From NCBI GenBank assembly GCA_965200315.1, contig OZ241362.1, forward strand, positions 5,280,001-5,344,000: DNA of 64,000 nucleotides. Direction: 5' to 3'. This document shows positions 8,701 to 18,928 of this stretch, piece by piece (the first letter of the stretch is position 1; every line of letters starts with the position of its first letter). The position numbers and the translations under genes are program-made. The stretch comes from Candidatus Latescibacterota bacterium (GTDB taxonomy: Bacteria; Latescibacterota; UBA2968; UBA8231). The notes under the pieces are model-generated. The model was given only the letters and a program-made list of their open reading frames with translations. It made no database searches and had not been told where the DNA came from.

Positions 8701-11337
8701 ATGAATAAAGCCATTTGGTCTTTTGTCTTTCTCGCCCTCTTGCCACTAAGACTCAAGGCCGACTTGCAGAGCGGGTTTTTCAATCCGTACAGAGCGACGG
8801 GAACACCTGTCGATTTTGAGTCGCTGAGTCCGGTGCTGCGAAAATGGTACGTACCTCAGACGCTGCTTTATCTTTATGGCTGGAAGACCTACGAGTACAC
8901 CAACTACGCCCGGGACAACTACCAGCGCTACGTCAATCTCTTCTTGGAAGGGGATCGCTATTACGACCTGTACGGTAACTATATTACCCGGGGTTGGCGC
9001 ATCTACGACTGGCGTCAGGAACACCCGCTCGATTTTGGCAGCAGCATCTTCAAAAATCCCCGCTTCAATAGTTGGTTCAACCGCGTCCTGATATCGTCGG
9101 CTTCCAAAGGACAATTCTACACCGCACTGACCGTCGGCGAACAGCTACGCACCACGCTTACGCCGCTGACCTTCTCGAAGCCGCTCTTCGACGGTATCCA
9201 GTGGGATATGCAGTCCGACAAATACGCCTTGACCCTTATTGCTTCGCGCATTGACAATCCGGCCGTTCAGCGTCTCGACAGCGAAATCTCCGAAGCGAGA
9301 GAGACGGTCTTCACCAATTTGTACGGCTTGCGCGGAGTTGCCCAAATCGGCGATTTCGCCACGTTGGGATTGACGTACGTCAATGCCAACCACGGCAACA
9401 GCCGCTTGAGCGTCGAGGAGAATTCCCTCAAGGGCGTCTTGGGGGGGCGCTTGAACGCGGAAAACGTCCGCCGCATCGTCGTCCGCCTCAGCGACGATTC
9501 GCCCGAAGACAACACCGGCGGTGCGCTGCTGTTCCGCGCGCGGATCTTCATCGACGACGTCGAGCACCCAGAAATAAAACCTTCGATTGACGGGGGGACG
9601 CGGCGTCAAGGCTTGCTCGAAGCCAACGGCGGCGATGTACTGACGCTCAGTTACGACATCGAACGCGATTTCGTCCCGGGCGTAAAGGACCAGATCGGCG
9701 ATTTCAAAGAGGCCCGCAAGATCGATATTGAGCTGGTGGTGGCCAATGATTTTCGCATAGAGATAACCTCTAATATGCAGACTAATTTCACCGGCGAGAC
9801 GGTCTTCTTGCCGGTCAAGCGGAGCAACGGCAACATCAGCGATGGTTCCAATCAACAGGTCGTCCGCTTCCAGTACGGCCTGCCGACAGCCAATGAAATC
9901 ATGGGTTTTACGTTTGAGGTTTCCGAGCTGGCCGGATTTAATCTCCGCTCCGAATTCAACGTCAATCGCCACCACCGCAAGTTTCCCAACCAGAACATCG
10001 TCAAGAGGCAGGCGCTAGCGTCTGATCGCGCCGAGGCTTTTTACGTTACGGCCTCGCGCTTGACCTATCCGTGGTTCGCCTATGGAGAGGCCTTCTCTAT
10101 GGATCCGAACTACGGGACCTCTATGGTCATTCCCGACCAGCGCGGTTTTATCGACTACGAGGATGAGCTCAACTTCACCTATGAATTTGTCGAGGACAAC
10201 GACGACCAAGATCGCTTTCCCGACTGGCGGCGGCGCGTTACCGGGGGCGGTTTTGTGCCGGGGCAGCAGACGACCCGCGCCGCGGATGTCGAGGTGTTTC
10301 CCGGCCTCGACGAGAACAACGACTTGGTCAATGACTTCAATCAGAACGACAATTTGCAGCCCGATTACGTCGAACCCTTTCTGCGCTACAATGTCGATCC
10401 GCCCGAATTCCTCTTCGGCACCGACATGAACAACAACACCGTCATAGACCGCCTCGAAAACGATACCGAACCCGATTATCCCTACAAGCGCGACCACCGT
10501 GGCTACAATTTCTACGTGGGCGCTGAAATGCAGCCCGGTTCTAAGGTCATGGTCGGGCATCTACGCGAGTGGTTGATCGGTAGTGCCCGGCGAAACCAGA
10601 CGAGCTATGGGCTTTTTACTTGGCAGGAAGACCTGCCCTTGCGCGGGTTTAAGTTTCGCTTCATGGAATTTTTGCGCTTTGCCCGCGACGATATTCCCGA
10701 TGCACTGATCCAGTGGGTACAGTCTCCCTTTTCGGCAGGAGGTCTGCAGGATGTGCCGGACCGCTTGATAGCCCAGCATACGATGATCAACACGTCGTAC
10801 CTCGACTTTGCCATTCATCGCCTGCGGCCGCTGAATGTGTCTGGTAAAGTCAAGTGGGACCATTATTTTCAGCGCGGAGATCAGGTGCGAGAAAATCGCG
10901 ACGAGAGTTTCTTGGGTGCCATCCTGAGAGCGGAGTACTTCTACGAGCCGTTCGCGGGCGTCACCATTTCGCCCAAATGGAAGCAACAGTACGCCCGCCG
11001 AGTCCCGACGGATCCCTTGGTGCTGCGGCGCAATGAGCTATCGGAGATTTTTTCTTTTATCGGGACATACGATCTCATCCCCGGCCAGCTCGTCTCGGAG
11101 TCGGGGATCGAATGGGAGGTCTTTAGGAACCTACAGCAAGAGCCCGATCCGCTGCCGCCGGCCTTTGTCGAGGATTTCACGACCCTGACCTTGGCCACTC
11201 AGTTCACCAACAGCTCCGAGTATCAGGGCTACGCACTGTCCACCAAGATCGGTGTGCGCTGGCAACGCCGGGCCTTGCAACAAGGCGATGAGACCAATTT
11301 CCTCACGTTTGTAACCATCTTCGCCGGATTGCGCTAA
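8701..11337 (+). CDS. Exported 878-aa hypothetical protein, probable outer-membrane protein with Ca-binding-like acidic repeats
   Basis: Signal peptide; DNDDQD, DENNDLVNDFNQNDN and DMNNNTVID motifs; amphipathic beta-strand-like C-terminal third ending FVTIFAGLR. Confidence 0.75.
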   Translation: MNKAIWSFVFLALLPLRLKADLQSGFFNPYRATGTPVDFESLSPVLRKWYVPQTLLYLYGWKTYEYTNYARDNYQRYVNLFLEGDRYYDLYGNYITRGWRIYDWRQEHPLDFGSSIFKNPRFNSWFNRVLISSASKGQFYTALTVGEQLRTTLTPLTFSKPLFDGIQWDMQSDKYALTLIASRIDNPAVQRLDSEISEARETVFTNLYGLRGVAQIGDFATLGLTYVNANHGNSRLSVEENSLKGVLGGRLNAENVRRIVVRLSDDSPEDNTGGALLFRARIFIDDVEHPEIKPSIDGGTRRQGLLEANGGDVLTLSYDIERDFVPGVKDQIGDFKEARKIDIELVVANDFRIEITSNMQTNFTGETVFLPVKRSNGNISDGSNQQVVRFQYGLPTANEIMGFTFEVSELAGFNLRSEFNVNRHHRKFPNQNIVKRQALASDRAEAFYVTASRLTYPWFAYGEAFSMDPNYGTSMVIPDQRGFIDYEDELNFTYEFVEDNDDQDRFPDWRRRVTGGGFVPGQQTTRAADVEVFPGLDENNDLVNDFNQNDNLQPDYVEPFLRYNVDPPEFLFGTDMNNNTVIDRLENDTEPDYPYKRDHRGYNFYVGAEMQPGSKVMVGHLREWLIGSARRNQTSYGLFTWQEDLPLRGFKFRFMEFLRFARDDIPDALIQWVQSPFSAGGLQDVPDRLIAQHTMINTSYLDFAIHRLRPLNVSGKVKWDHYFQRGDQVRENRDESFLGAILRAEYFYEPFAGVTISPKWKQQYARRVPTDPLVLRRNELSEIFSFIGTYDLIPGQLVSESGIEWEVFRNLQQEPDPLPPAFVEDFTTLTLATQFTNSSEYQGYALSTKIGVRWQRRALQQGDETNFLTFVTIFAGLR

Positions 11338-11344
11338 CAGAGCG

Positions 11345-12748
11345 ATGGGTAGTACCCGTCCATCTGTTCTCTTGGCGCTGGCGCTGGCCACGCTGGTCGC
11401 CTGCGAGCGTCCCCCCACGACCAAGCCCGACTACCAAATGTGGCTGGAGCGGCATCCGCAGGATAGCGAAGCCCATTGGCAACTGGCCGATCTGCTCTTG
11501 CAAGAGCGCGACTTGCAAGGGGCCGAGCATCACTACCGCACGGCCCTGAGCATCAAGCCGATGACTGTGGACGCTTGGGTCGGGCTGGGAAATATCTCCT
11601 GCAAACAGGGCCTATACGAGCAGGCCGAGCGCCACTTCCGCAACGCCCTCTCGCTGGACGATGAGCACGTGGGTGCCTTGTGCAGCTTGGCCAGTTTGTC
11701 CCTAGAACAAGAGGAATACGCCCATGGCCGCGATTTGTATCGGCAGGCGCTGGCTCTCGATCCAGACAATGCCGGGGCGTTCTACAATCTCGCTTTGGCT
11801 TATATCAAGCTCAAGGCTTACTACGAGGCGATTACAGCCCTGCGGCAGGCCACTCGCATTGATACGGGGTACAGTTTGGCATTTTACGCCCTCGGCCAGA
11901 TCTACGCCGAGCGTCTCGGCCAGTACCAAGAAGGTATCGCGGCGTTTAGGCGGGCAGTGGCACTGAGAGCAGACTGGCCTAGAGCGCAGATAGGTCTAGG
12001 CCACGCCCTGCTGAAGGCCGGCCAAGTAGATGCGGCCACAGCGGCTTTTGGCGAGGCCCTCGCGCTCGATCCGAGTGCGGCCCAAGCCCATGTAGGCTTG
12101 GGGTTGGCCGAGGAGCGACGGGGTGCCGAGACGCTCGCCGAGGCGCATTACCTGCGCGCCATCGCCTTGGATCCGGTGCGGGCGAGGACCTATTTTAAGC
12201 TCGGAACGCTCTACGTCAGACAGGGAAGAAAGGAGGAAGCCCGACAATACTTGGGCCGCTTTGAAGGGCTGGCACCTTATACCGACGAGTTGGCGCAACT
12301 CAGAGACCGACTGCGGCGAGAGCCGGATAACGCACTGGCCCATTACGCTTTGGCCGGGATTTACGCCAAACTGAATATGCCCTCCCTCGCAATCAGTGCC
12401 CTGAGAAGCTGTCTCGCCGTGCGGCCGGATTATGCGCCTGCCTACAACAATCTCGGCAACGCATATTTGCGCTTGGGAGATACCGGGGAAGCCATCGCGA
12501 TGTACGAAGTCGCCGTCCGCATTGACACGGCGTACGCGCTGGCCTACAACAATTTGGGGAGTGCCCAGCTACTCAAGGGTCAATCCCATCAGGCGCTGGC
12601 GTGCTACCAACGCGCACTGCGGATTCGCCCGGATTATGCCGATGCGTATTACGGGCTTGCTATGGCCTATAGAGAACAGGGGCGGCACGCCGAGGCCGGA
12701 GCGGCCATGGCCCGGTATGAACAAATTGTCGCGGCTGATGAGCCGTAA
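11345..12748 (+). CDS. TPR-repeat lipoprotein
   Basis: Lipobox-like LVAC and many TPRs (AYNNLGNAYLRLG, AFYNLALAY, ALxLDP). Confidence 0.9.
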   Translation: MGSTRPSVLLALALATLVACERPPTTKPDYQMWLERHPQDSEAHWQLADLLLQERDLQGAEHHYRTALSIKPMTVDAWVGLGNISCKQGLYEQAERHFRNALSLDDEHVGALCSLASLSLEQEEYAHGRDLYRQALALDPDNAGAFYNLALAYIKLKAYYEAITALRQATRIDTGYSLAFYALGQIYAERLGQYQEGIAAFRRAVALRADWPRAQIGLGHALLKAGQVDAATAAFGEALALDPSAAQAHVGLGLAEERRGAETLAEAHYLRAIALDPVRARTYFKLGTLYVRQGRKEEARQYLGRFEGLAPYTDELAQLRDRLRREPDNALAHYALAGIYAKLNMPSLAISALRSCLAVRPDYAPAYNNLGNAYLRLGDTGEAIAMYEVAVRIDTAYALAYNNLGSAQLLKGQSHQALACYQRALRIRPDYADAYYGLAMAYREQGRHAEAGAAMARYEQIVAADEP

Positions 12749-12764
12749 ATAGACGGTGCTCATT

Positions 12765-12793
12765 TTGCGTATGAAGGCTGGAATAACTATGCT
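12765..12793 (+). promoter_or_regulatory. Sigma70-like promoter of tRNA-Val
   Basis: TTGCGT-17 bp-TATGCT, ending 8 bp before the tRNA. Confidence 0.6.
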
Positions 12794-12801
12794 TAGAGGC
12801 C

Positions 12802-12878
12802 GGGCGGTTAGCTCAGTTGGTCAGAGCGCCTGCCTTACAAGCAGGATGTCCCCAGTTCGAGTCTGGGATCGCCCACCA
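12802..12878 (+). tRNA. tRNA-Val (anticodon UAC)
   Basis: GGGCGGT acceptor pairs with ATCGCCC; D arm GCTCAGTTGGTCAGAGC; anticodon arm CCTGC-CTTACAA-GCAGG; T loop TTCGAGT; encoded CCA. Confidence 0.97.
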
Positions 12879-12889
12879 CTCTAAAAGTA

Positions 12890-12922
12890 AAAGCCCCTGA
12901 GCAATCAGGGGCTTTATTTTTT
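12890..12922 (+). terminator. Rho-independent terminator
   Basis: AAAGCCCCTGA-GCAA-TCAGGGGCTTT followed by a T tract. Confidence 0.9.
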
Positions 12923-12965
12923 CTGGAGTTTTACCCAAGCTCTAACTTCTACAGGAGCTATACCC

Positions 12966-14538
12966 ATGCCCAATCGCCCCAATATCCTCTTTCTCCTCAG
13001 CGATGAACACAGTTTTCGCTTTCTCTCGGCTCGCCCTCCGGAGCGCGGCGGCGAACCCTGCCGCACGCCGACGCTTGATCGCCTCATCCAGCAGGGCGTC
13101 CACTTTGAAACCGCCTATTGCCAGATGCCCTTGTGTACGCCCAGCCGCATGTCGATGCTGTCCGGCCGACACCCGCACCGCTGCCCAGTCCTATGGCCTG
13201 ACACCCCTACCTTTGCTTCGCACCTAGGGCAGCATGGCTACGCCACGGCCGCCGTCGGCAAGATGCATCTGCAAGGCTCCCGTCAGTACGCCGGCTTCGG
13301 GGCCCGCCCCTACGGCGACTTTGGCGCGCCCTCGCCAGGCCATCAGAAAGACCCACTTTTTCTGCTTGGGGTCCAGGATCACATCTTCATGCCCTCCATC
13401 ATCGAGGATGCCGGTCTCAGCGATATCCCCGAATCCCTGCTTCAGGAGCAGTTTGTCGTGCGCGAGGCCACGGCGTGGCTGCGCGAACACCGCCACGCCC
13501 ATCCAGACCAGCCTTGGTTGATGTACACCTCGTTCGTCCATCCACACTTCCCGATGAACGCACCCCGCCGCTTTTTCGAGCGCTACTATCCCGAAGGAGT
13601 TACCCCACCGAAGGTGGGCCGCAACGGGGACGCCGAGGATCACCCCATGACCTTGGAGGCTCTCAGGTCGAATAGCGGCGAATCTCAGGGGCATCCCGCC
13701 GAAGAGATCTCCTCAGAGCAGACCCTGCGCGCGCGGGCGGCATACGCTGCCTGCGTAGACCAGTTGGACGAGATCATAGGGGATTTTTTAGCGGTCCTAG
13801 AGCGCGACGGGCTACTCGACAACACCGTCGTCATCTATACCTCGGACCACGGCGAATTAGCTGGAGAGCACGGCCTGTGGTGGAAACAGACCTGGCACGA
13901 AGCTTCTGTTCGGGTGCCGCTGATCGTCTCCCTGCCGGAGCACCGCAGAGGCCGGCTCTCGCCAGCTAAAATCGCCGCACCGGTGAGCCTCGCTGATATC
14001 TTTCCCCACGCTCTGTGGCCTGACCGACGCGCCCCTGCTCGACGATCTGGCCGGCATTGACCTAGCGCCTGTAGTGCGGGGCGATGCCGGCCCGGCTCTG
14101 GCAGCCCGCCCCGGCGTCGTCGTCGAGAACTTGAGCAAAGGATACCGCATGATCCGCTCGCCGCGCTACAAGTACATTGCCTTCCGCACCTACGAGGACT
14201 TGGCCTTCGATCTGCTCGACGATCCGAACGAGCAGCGCAATCTAGTAGGCCGCGCCGCAGGAGAGGCGGCCGCCGAACTGGAAAAGCTCAAGTCCGCGCT
14301 CTTCGATGGCTTTGATTTTGAGCAAGCCATTGAGGCGACTAGGCGGGAAAGTGCGCAATATCACAAGCAGTATCCGAGCCGGATAAAGCCCCGAACGTCT
14401 AACCAGATCATGCGTGGAGACGGGATGCTGGTCGAAGCGGACCAGCCGCTCTATTGTCCAGATGTGGTCAGCGAGGACCCGCGCCGCGACTTCAGTGACT
14501 GTCCGCAGCAGCGCCGAGCTTCCCGTCGCCGTCGATGA
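12966..14538 (+). pseudogene. Choline-sulfatase-like sulfatase, frameshifted (or sequencing indel)
   Basis: CTPSR, GKMH and SDHGE motifs. One extra C in CCCC at 14004-14007 breaks DIFPTLCGL; removing it joins ORFs 12966..14060 and 14074..14538. Confidence 0.85.
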
Positions 14539-14568
14539 ACTTGGCGATTGCAAAATAAAAAGTGCGTT

Positions 14569-16530
14569 TCAATAGACCACGGCGAGGCTGCGTTCTTGCG
14601 CCCATTGCCCGTGGTCGGTTTGGGCGCGCACTTGCACGACGTATATCCCGGGCGCGACGAGTTGGTCTTCTTCGTCGCGCCCGTTCCACATTGCTCGATG
14701 GCGGCCGCTGAGTTGGGTGCCAAAGGCTTGCCGCCACGTGGAGCGGCCGTCGAGCGCGTAAATTTCCAGCTCGACCTCGGCCGGGGCTAGCAAACGGAAC
14801 AAGGTGTAGTGGATGGTTACGCGGTCGTTGATGCCGTCGCCCTGCGGGGTGAACGCGGTCGGCTGCACTTCTATAGCGCCCAACACCTCATTCAATGCCC
14901 GGCCGCTGGCGACCATGCGGAGTTGATTCGTGCCCAAAGCGTCGCTGGCGTCGCCCCCTTCTACTTGCTGTGGCAGACTCTGTTCGGAGCGCGTGAATAC
15001 CTCGGCTTGCACCGTGCCCGAAGCCGTGTACATGACGGTCTCCAAGTGCAAGCGCAGCGTTTGCGCCCCTCCGTCGCGAACGGGTTCGGGCAGGTAGATC
15101 GCTAGGCCCTCGGGTTCGGCGACCACGCTGTCGGCTACTACTGGCTGTAGGGGATTGCCCATCGCCAAGCCGAGGAGGGTGCCCGCGCCGGGCAGGGTCA
15201 GGCGCACTGCGTCAAAACCGGCTTGTTCCGCTGCAAACTCAGCTCGCAGGTCGCAGACCAACTCGATCTTTTGGCCGACCGGCACTTCGGCGATATGGCC
15301 TGCGGGTTGTAGGTCGCTGACCGCGGCTACTTCGCCCACCACCCGCTTGGCCAGCAGCGGAGAGTACTCAATCGCCAGCGAATCCAAGCGCATAAAATCC
15401 CACAGCGTTTCGGTCTCCAAAGTCAGGCGTAGCTGTAGGTAGCGGCCGCTCGGTACGCGGGGCAGTTGGCCGGAACGGCGCAGCGGCGGCGACCAAAAGC
15501 TCCAGTTGTCCGCGTCGTCGATAATGGGGCCGCGCCAGCCTACGGCCGGGGGGTCCCAAGGCCAGATGCGCTGCTTGAGCCGTTCGTATGCGCTTTGCGT
15601 TACTTCCACGAGTTGGCCGATGTCGTCGTACCCGTGATAGCCAGTGGGCGTGGGGTCTAGGCCGGTCTTGATTTCTACTTGCGCGGCGGTGGGGGCGTCG
15701 GGCGCGGCTGCGAGTTGGTCTCCCTCGCGCCGCCACTTGCTCGCGCCAAAGCGTACGCGCCCGATGTTGACTGTTTGCTCTAGATCGATCACCTGCGATG
15801 TCCACACGGCCTGCGGCGGAAAGCCCCGGCCGGACACCTCTAGCTCGGCTAAGGCGAACTTGGTGTAGAACCGGCCATTGTCTGGGAAGAAATGGACGCG
15901 CAGAAAGCGCAGGTATTGCAGTGGGAACTCGATATGCACGACGGCCTCGGTGTTTAGATCGACGCTGGCTAGCAGGACGTCCAAAGGCCGGTAGTGGGCA
16001 CCTTCTTCCTGTGCTATGCCGACGGGGTCGAGGCTGGCGGAGAGTTCGTATTTTTTAAAGGCAAAGTTGGGGCGATAGGGCTCTTGGGTGAGCGCGTCGC
16101 GGCCCTCGGGCGGGTAGAAGGCAAAGCGATCCACTGGCGCGGGCACACCGAGGTCAATGGTGTAGAATTCGTTGGGGTCGTAGTAGTCGTGCGCCGAGAA
16201 GAAGGTCGCGAGGTCGCCATCGACAAAGTCGCGTGGCTCGGCGCGTGGGCGGAGGTAGTTGATGCCGCGCCAGATGCGGAGGTCGCCTAAGCGATACGTG
16301 GATTCTCCCGGGGAGCGCCAGCGATACCAAGGGCCTAATTGGGGGAGCAAGTTCTCGCCGGGTTTGAGCTCGTGCGGCTGGAGTACGGCCGGGTCGGTCG
16401 CGTCGTCCATCATCCGCAGTTGCCCGGTCCATGTCGCCCACGGCTCCGGGCCGCCGAGGCGAAACTCATCTACTGCCCATGACGCCGATAGACCGCTTAG
16501 CATGAATGCAAGAGCGAACGCATATCGCAT
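14569..16530 (-). CDS. Exported FlgD-Ig C-terminal domain protein (paralog type A)
   Basis: Signal peptide, KTGLDPTP, NWSFWS, TPQGDGIND, WNGRDEEDQLVAPGIY, terminal VVY. Confidence 0.88.
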   Translation of the reverse strand: MRYAFALAFMLSGLSASWAVDEFRLGGPEPWATWTGQLRMMDDATDPAVLQPHELKPGENLLPQLGPWYRWRSPGESTYRLGDLRIWRGINYLRPRAEPRDFVDGDLATFFSAHDYYDPNEFYTIDLGVPAPVDRFAFYPPEGRDALTQEPYRPNFAFKKYELSASLDPVGIAQEEGAHYRPLDVLLASVDLNTEAVVHIEFPLQYLRFLRVHFFPDNGRFYTKFALAELEVSGRGFPPQAVWTSQVIDLEQTVNIGRVRFGASKWRREGDQLAAAPDAPTAAQVEIKTGLDPTPTGYHGYDDIGQLVEVTQSAYERLKQRIWPWDPPAVGWRGPIIDDADNWSFWSPPLRRSGQLPRVPSGRYLQLRLTLETETLWDFMRLDSLAIEYSPLLAKRVVGEVAAVSDLQPAGHIAEVPVGQKIELVCDLRAEFAAEQAGFDAVRLTLPGAGTLLGLAMGNPLQPVVADSVVAEPEGLAIYLPEPVRDGGAQTLRLHLETVMYTASGTVQAEVFTRSEQSLPQQVEGGDASDALGTNQLRMVASGRALNEVLGAIEVQPTAFTPQGDGINDRVTIHYTLFRLLAPAEVELEIYALDGRSTWRQAFGTQLSGRHRAMWNGRDEEDQLVAPGIYVVQVRAQTDHGQWAQERSLAVVY

Positions 16531-16560
16531 GGGAACCTCTTTGGGAGATTTTTAGGAGCT

Positions 16561-16589
16561 TAGTGGCTAGTGGCCAACACTAACCACTA
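16561..16589. repeat. Inverted heptamer-repeat hairpin
   Basis: TAGTGGCTAGTG...CACTAACCACTA, 11 of 12 complementary. Uses the same CCACTAA unit as 41754-41795. Confidence 0.5.
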
Positions 16590-16659
16590 CCAGAACGGAG
16601 GTCCGGTGTCAATAGAGTGCGGGAAGAGCGCTATTAGATTTCCACGCGAGTGATTGACA

Positions 16660-17916
16660 CTAGCGCTCTGTTGCAGGAGGACGCGCTGGCCGCAGCCCGA
16701 AAAAAGCCGCCATGATCAGGCCGCTCGCAACCCGCGACGCGCAGGCCAGCCCAAAGGCGGCCCCGTAGCCATAGTCGAGGATGAGTATGCCGCCGAGGAG
16801 GCTGCCGAGGAAGTTCAGAAGCTGGAAGCCGCAGACGCGCAGGCCCTGGATCCGCGCCCAGTAGCGCCGGGGCAGCACTTGAGTGGAGAAGTGCTGGTCG
16901 GACGGGTTGTCAATGACTTCGCCGATGCGCACGAGCAGGAACATGGGCACGGCCAACGGCAAGCTGATAAAGGCCCCCATGACCCCGAGGGCACTGCCGC
17001 CCATAATGCGAGATGGAAGTATGGTCAGCGTCGGCCCGAAGCGGCGCACCAGCGTCGGCGCGGCGAAGGTCGCTGGTAGGCCGGCGAGCTGGCTGAGGAA
17101 AAAGATCGCGCCGATCGCAGCCGGACCGACCCCCAATTCGGCCTCGAAGAACACGTTGAAGAACGGATACGTCAGCCCCATGGAGAAGCCGCGCGTACCA
17201 CTCAAGGCGGTAATAGCGGCAAAGACGCGCCACGGCGAGGCCACTGGTTCGTCTTCGTCCGGCGACCGGGATGGTGCGGGTGCTCTTTCGCGGCGGGTTT
17301 GACCCGATGCGTACAACAGGGGCACGACGGCCGCGAGCGAACACGCCGCACCGAGGAGCAGCGCGTAGCGGAAGGGCGCAGGGGCCTCGGTGGAAAGCCC
17401 GAGAAAGTAGCCCATGATTCCGGGCATGAAGCCGCCGATTAGGCTCAAGAGCATGCGGACGATTATTTGCAGGGCCGACCAGATGGCGAGAGCTTCGGCG
17501 CGCCGCGCTGGGTGGGCGTTGTCCGAGAGGAAGGGCACGTGGTTGACCCAGACGAAGGCCATGGCCACGCCGCCGACAAACGAAAACGCCAGCAGTGCGC
17601 CCGACGACGTGGCCAAGCACAGGCCCAACTGGGAGATGGCCAGCAGCAGGCCCGAGGCTATCAAAAAAGGCCGGCGGCCGAGGCGGTCGCTCAGGATGCC
17701 GGTGGGCAGTGCCAACAGGCCGGTCGCCAGCGGTGCCATGCCGGCGACTTGGCCGATAAAGTCCTCTTGGTAGCTCAGGCGTAGGAGATAGAGGTTGTAC
17801 AGCAGGGAAAAGAGCGCCATGCCGGCGTTGATCGAGGTGCCAAAAGCGAAAAACAACCGAACATTGCGGTTGAATTCCCGCAGCCGAAAGCGGCTTAGGG
17901 CGTGGCCGACGGGCAT
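16660..17916 (-). CDS. MFS transporter
   Basis: About 12 hydrophobic segments and motif A GILSDRLGRR. Confidence 0.9.
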   Translation of the reverse strand: MPVGHALSRFRLREFNRNVRLFFAFGTSINAGMALFSLLYNLYLLRLSYQEDFIGQVAGMAPLATGLLALPTGILSDRLGRRPFLIASGLLLAISQLGLCLATSSGALLAFSFVGGVAMAFVWVNHVPFLSDNAHPARRAEALAIWSALQIIVRMLLSLIGGFMPGIMGYFLGLSTEAPAPFRYALLLGAACSLAAVVPLLYASGQTRRERAPAPSRSPDEDEPVASPWRVFAAITALSGTRGFSMGLTYPFFNVFFEAELGVGPAAIGAIFFLSQLAGLPATFAAPTLVRRFGPTLTILPSRIMGGSALGVMGAFISLPLAVPMFLLVRIGEVIDNPSDQHFSTQVLPRRYWARIQGLRVCGFQLLNFLGSLLGGILILDYGYGAAFGLACASRVASGLIMAAFFGLRPARPPATER

Positions 17917-18923
17917 CCGGCGTGGCGTCTTGCAAAGACCTCGACAGCCTTTTGCACGACGAGCTTTGCGGTGTGGACCCGCTCGGCAAAGGGCCGTTCC
18001 ATGCCGGTCTCAATGGTGAAGGCCAAGCCGTAGGTGTGCGCGGCAAAGTCGGCGAGGTTGAGGCCCTCGCCGCGCTGCTGGGGGTTGAGCCAGAAGACGC
18101 TGCGCGGCCCCTTGGTAAAAAAAGATCCGGGCAAATACTCGCTTGGGGCGAGGGCCACGCCAGAGGCCGCGACCGCAGCGATCATCTCGCTGGCGAGGGC
18201 CTCCTCCCACTGTTGGTCGCTGGGAGTGCGCTGGTGCCGCGCTGAAAACCAGAAGAAGTCGCCCCCGTGCTCGTGGAGGTCCAGCGTCAAGCCGGGCTGG
18301 ATGGCGGCCATCAGGTCGCGGGTGCAGCGCGGCTCGACGGGCCCCCAAGGGGTGTCGTGGAAGCGGTTGAGATGGAGGACTTCGCCAGCCGGGTCAATTA
18401 CTAGGGTGTAGGCGCGCTCGACGCCGGGGTTGTTGGCGGGGAAATAGAGCCGACGGCCCTTGAGTACTTCGACCCAGTCCCCGACTGGATGGTTGTACAG
18501 GTTGCTCGTCGCGTAGCCGTACTCGCCGATGAGGGCGACCACAATGTCGCCTTCTTCATAGAGGACTTCGCCGCGCTTTTTGAGCAAGGGCGCGACGTCG
18601 TCGAGGCCGCCGAGGGTTGGGGCTTCGTCTAGGCTCAGGCCGAGGGCGTAGGCGAGGCCGTTCATGCCGATGGGGTCGCGGCTGGGGATGGTGTAGAGCT
18701 GGTGCTCGGTGTCGATTTCGTCGATGAGGGCGTAGGCCGCGCTGACGCCAGCTTGTTCGGTGGCGTGGCTACCGGCACTGATGAAAATGGCCGGTGTTTT
18801 GTCGCCGCCGCTTTTGACCGCGACAATGGGTTGTCCGTCGGGTGCGCGGCCAAGGATTTGCAAAGTGTGGCCGTTGTCCTGAATGCAGGTGAGCAGGTCG
18901 GCGTAGCTATCGAATGGCTGCAT
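17895..18923 (-). CDS. M14-family zinc metallopeptidase/deacylase (succinylglutamate desuccinylase-like)
   Basis: GSHATE (HxxE), LNR, LDLHE and FTIET motifs. Start placed at MQPFDSY. Confidence 0.75.
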   Translation of the reverse strand: MQPFDSYADLLTCIQDNGHTLQILGRAPDGQPIVAVKSGGDKTPAIFISAGSHATEQAGVSAAYALIDEIDTEHQLYTIPSRDPIGMNGLAYALGLSLDEAPTLGGLDDVAPLLKKRGEVLYEEGDIVVALIGEYGYATSNLYNHPVGDWVEVLKGRRLYFPANNPGVERAYTLVIDPAGEVLHLNRFHDTPWGPVEPRCTRDLMAAIQPGLTLDLHEHGGDFFWFSARHQRTPSDQQWEEALASEMIAAVAASGVALAPSEYLPGSFFTKGPRSVFWLNPQQRGEGLNLADFAAHTYGLAFTIETGMERPFAERVHTAKLVVQKAVEVFARRHAGCPSATP

Positions 18924-18928
18924 GGCGT

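Noticed and set aside
12802-12878. tRNA-Val as the attachment site of an integrated island
   Set aside because: No integrase is adjacent and no duplicated tRNA 3' end was spotted in the window (by eye only).
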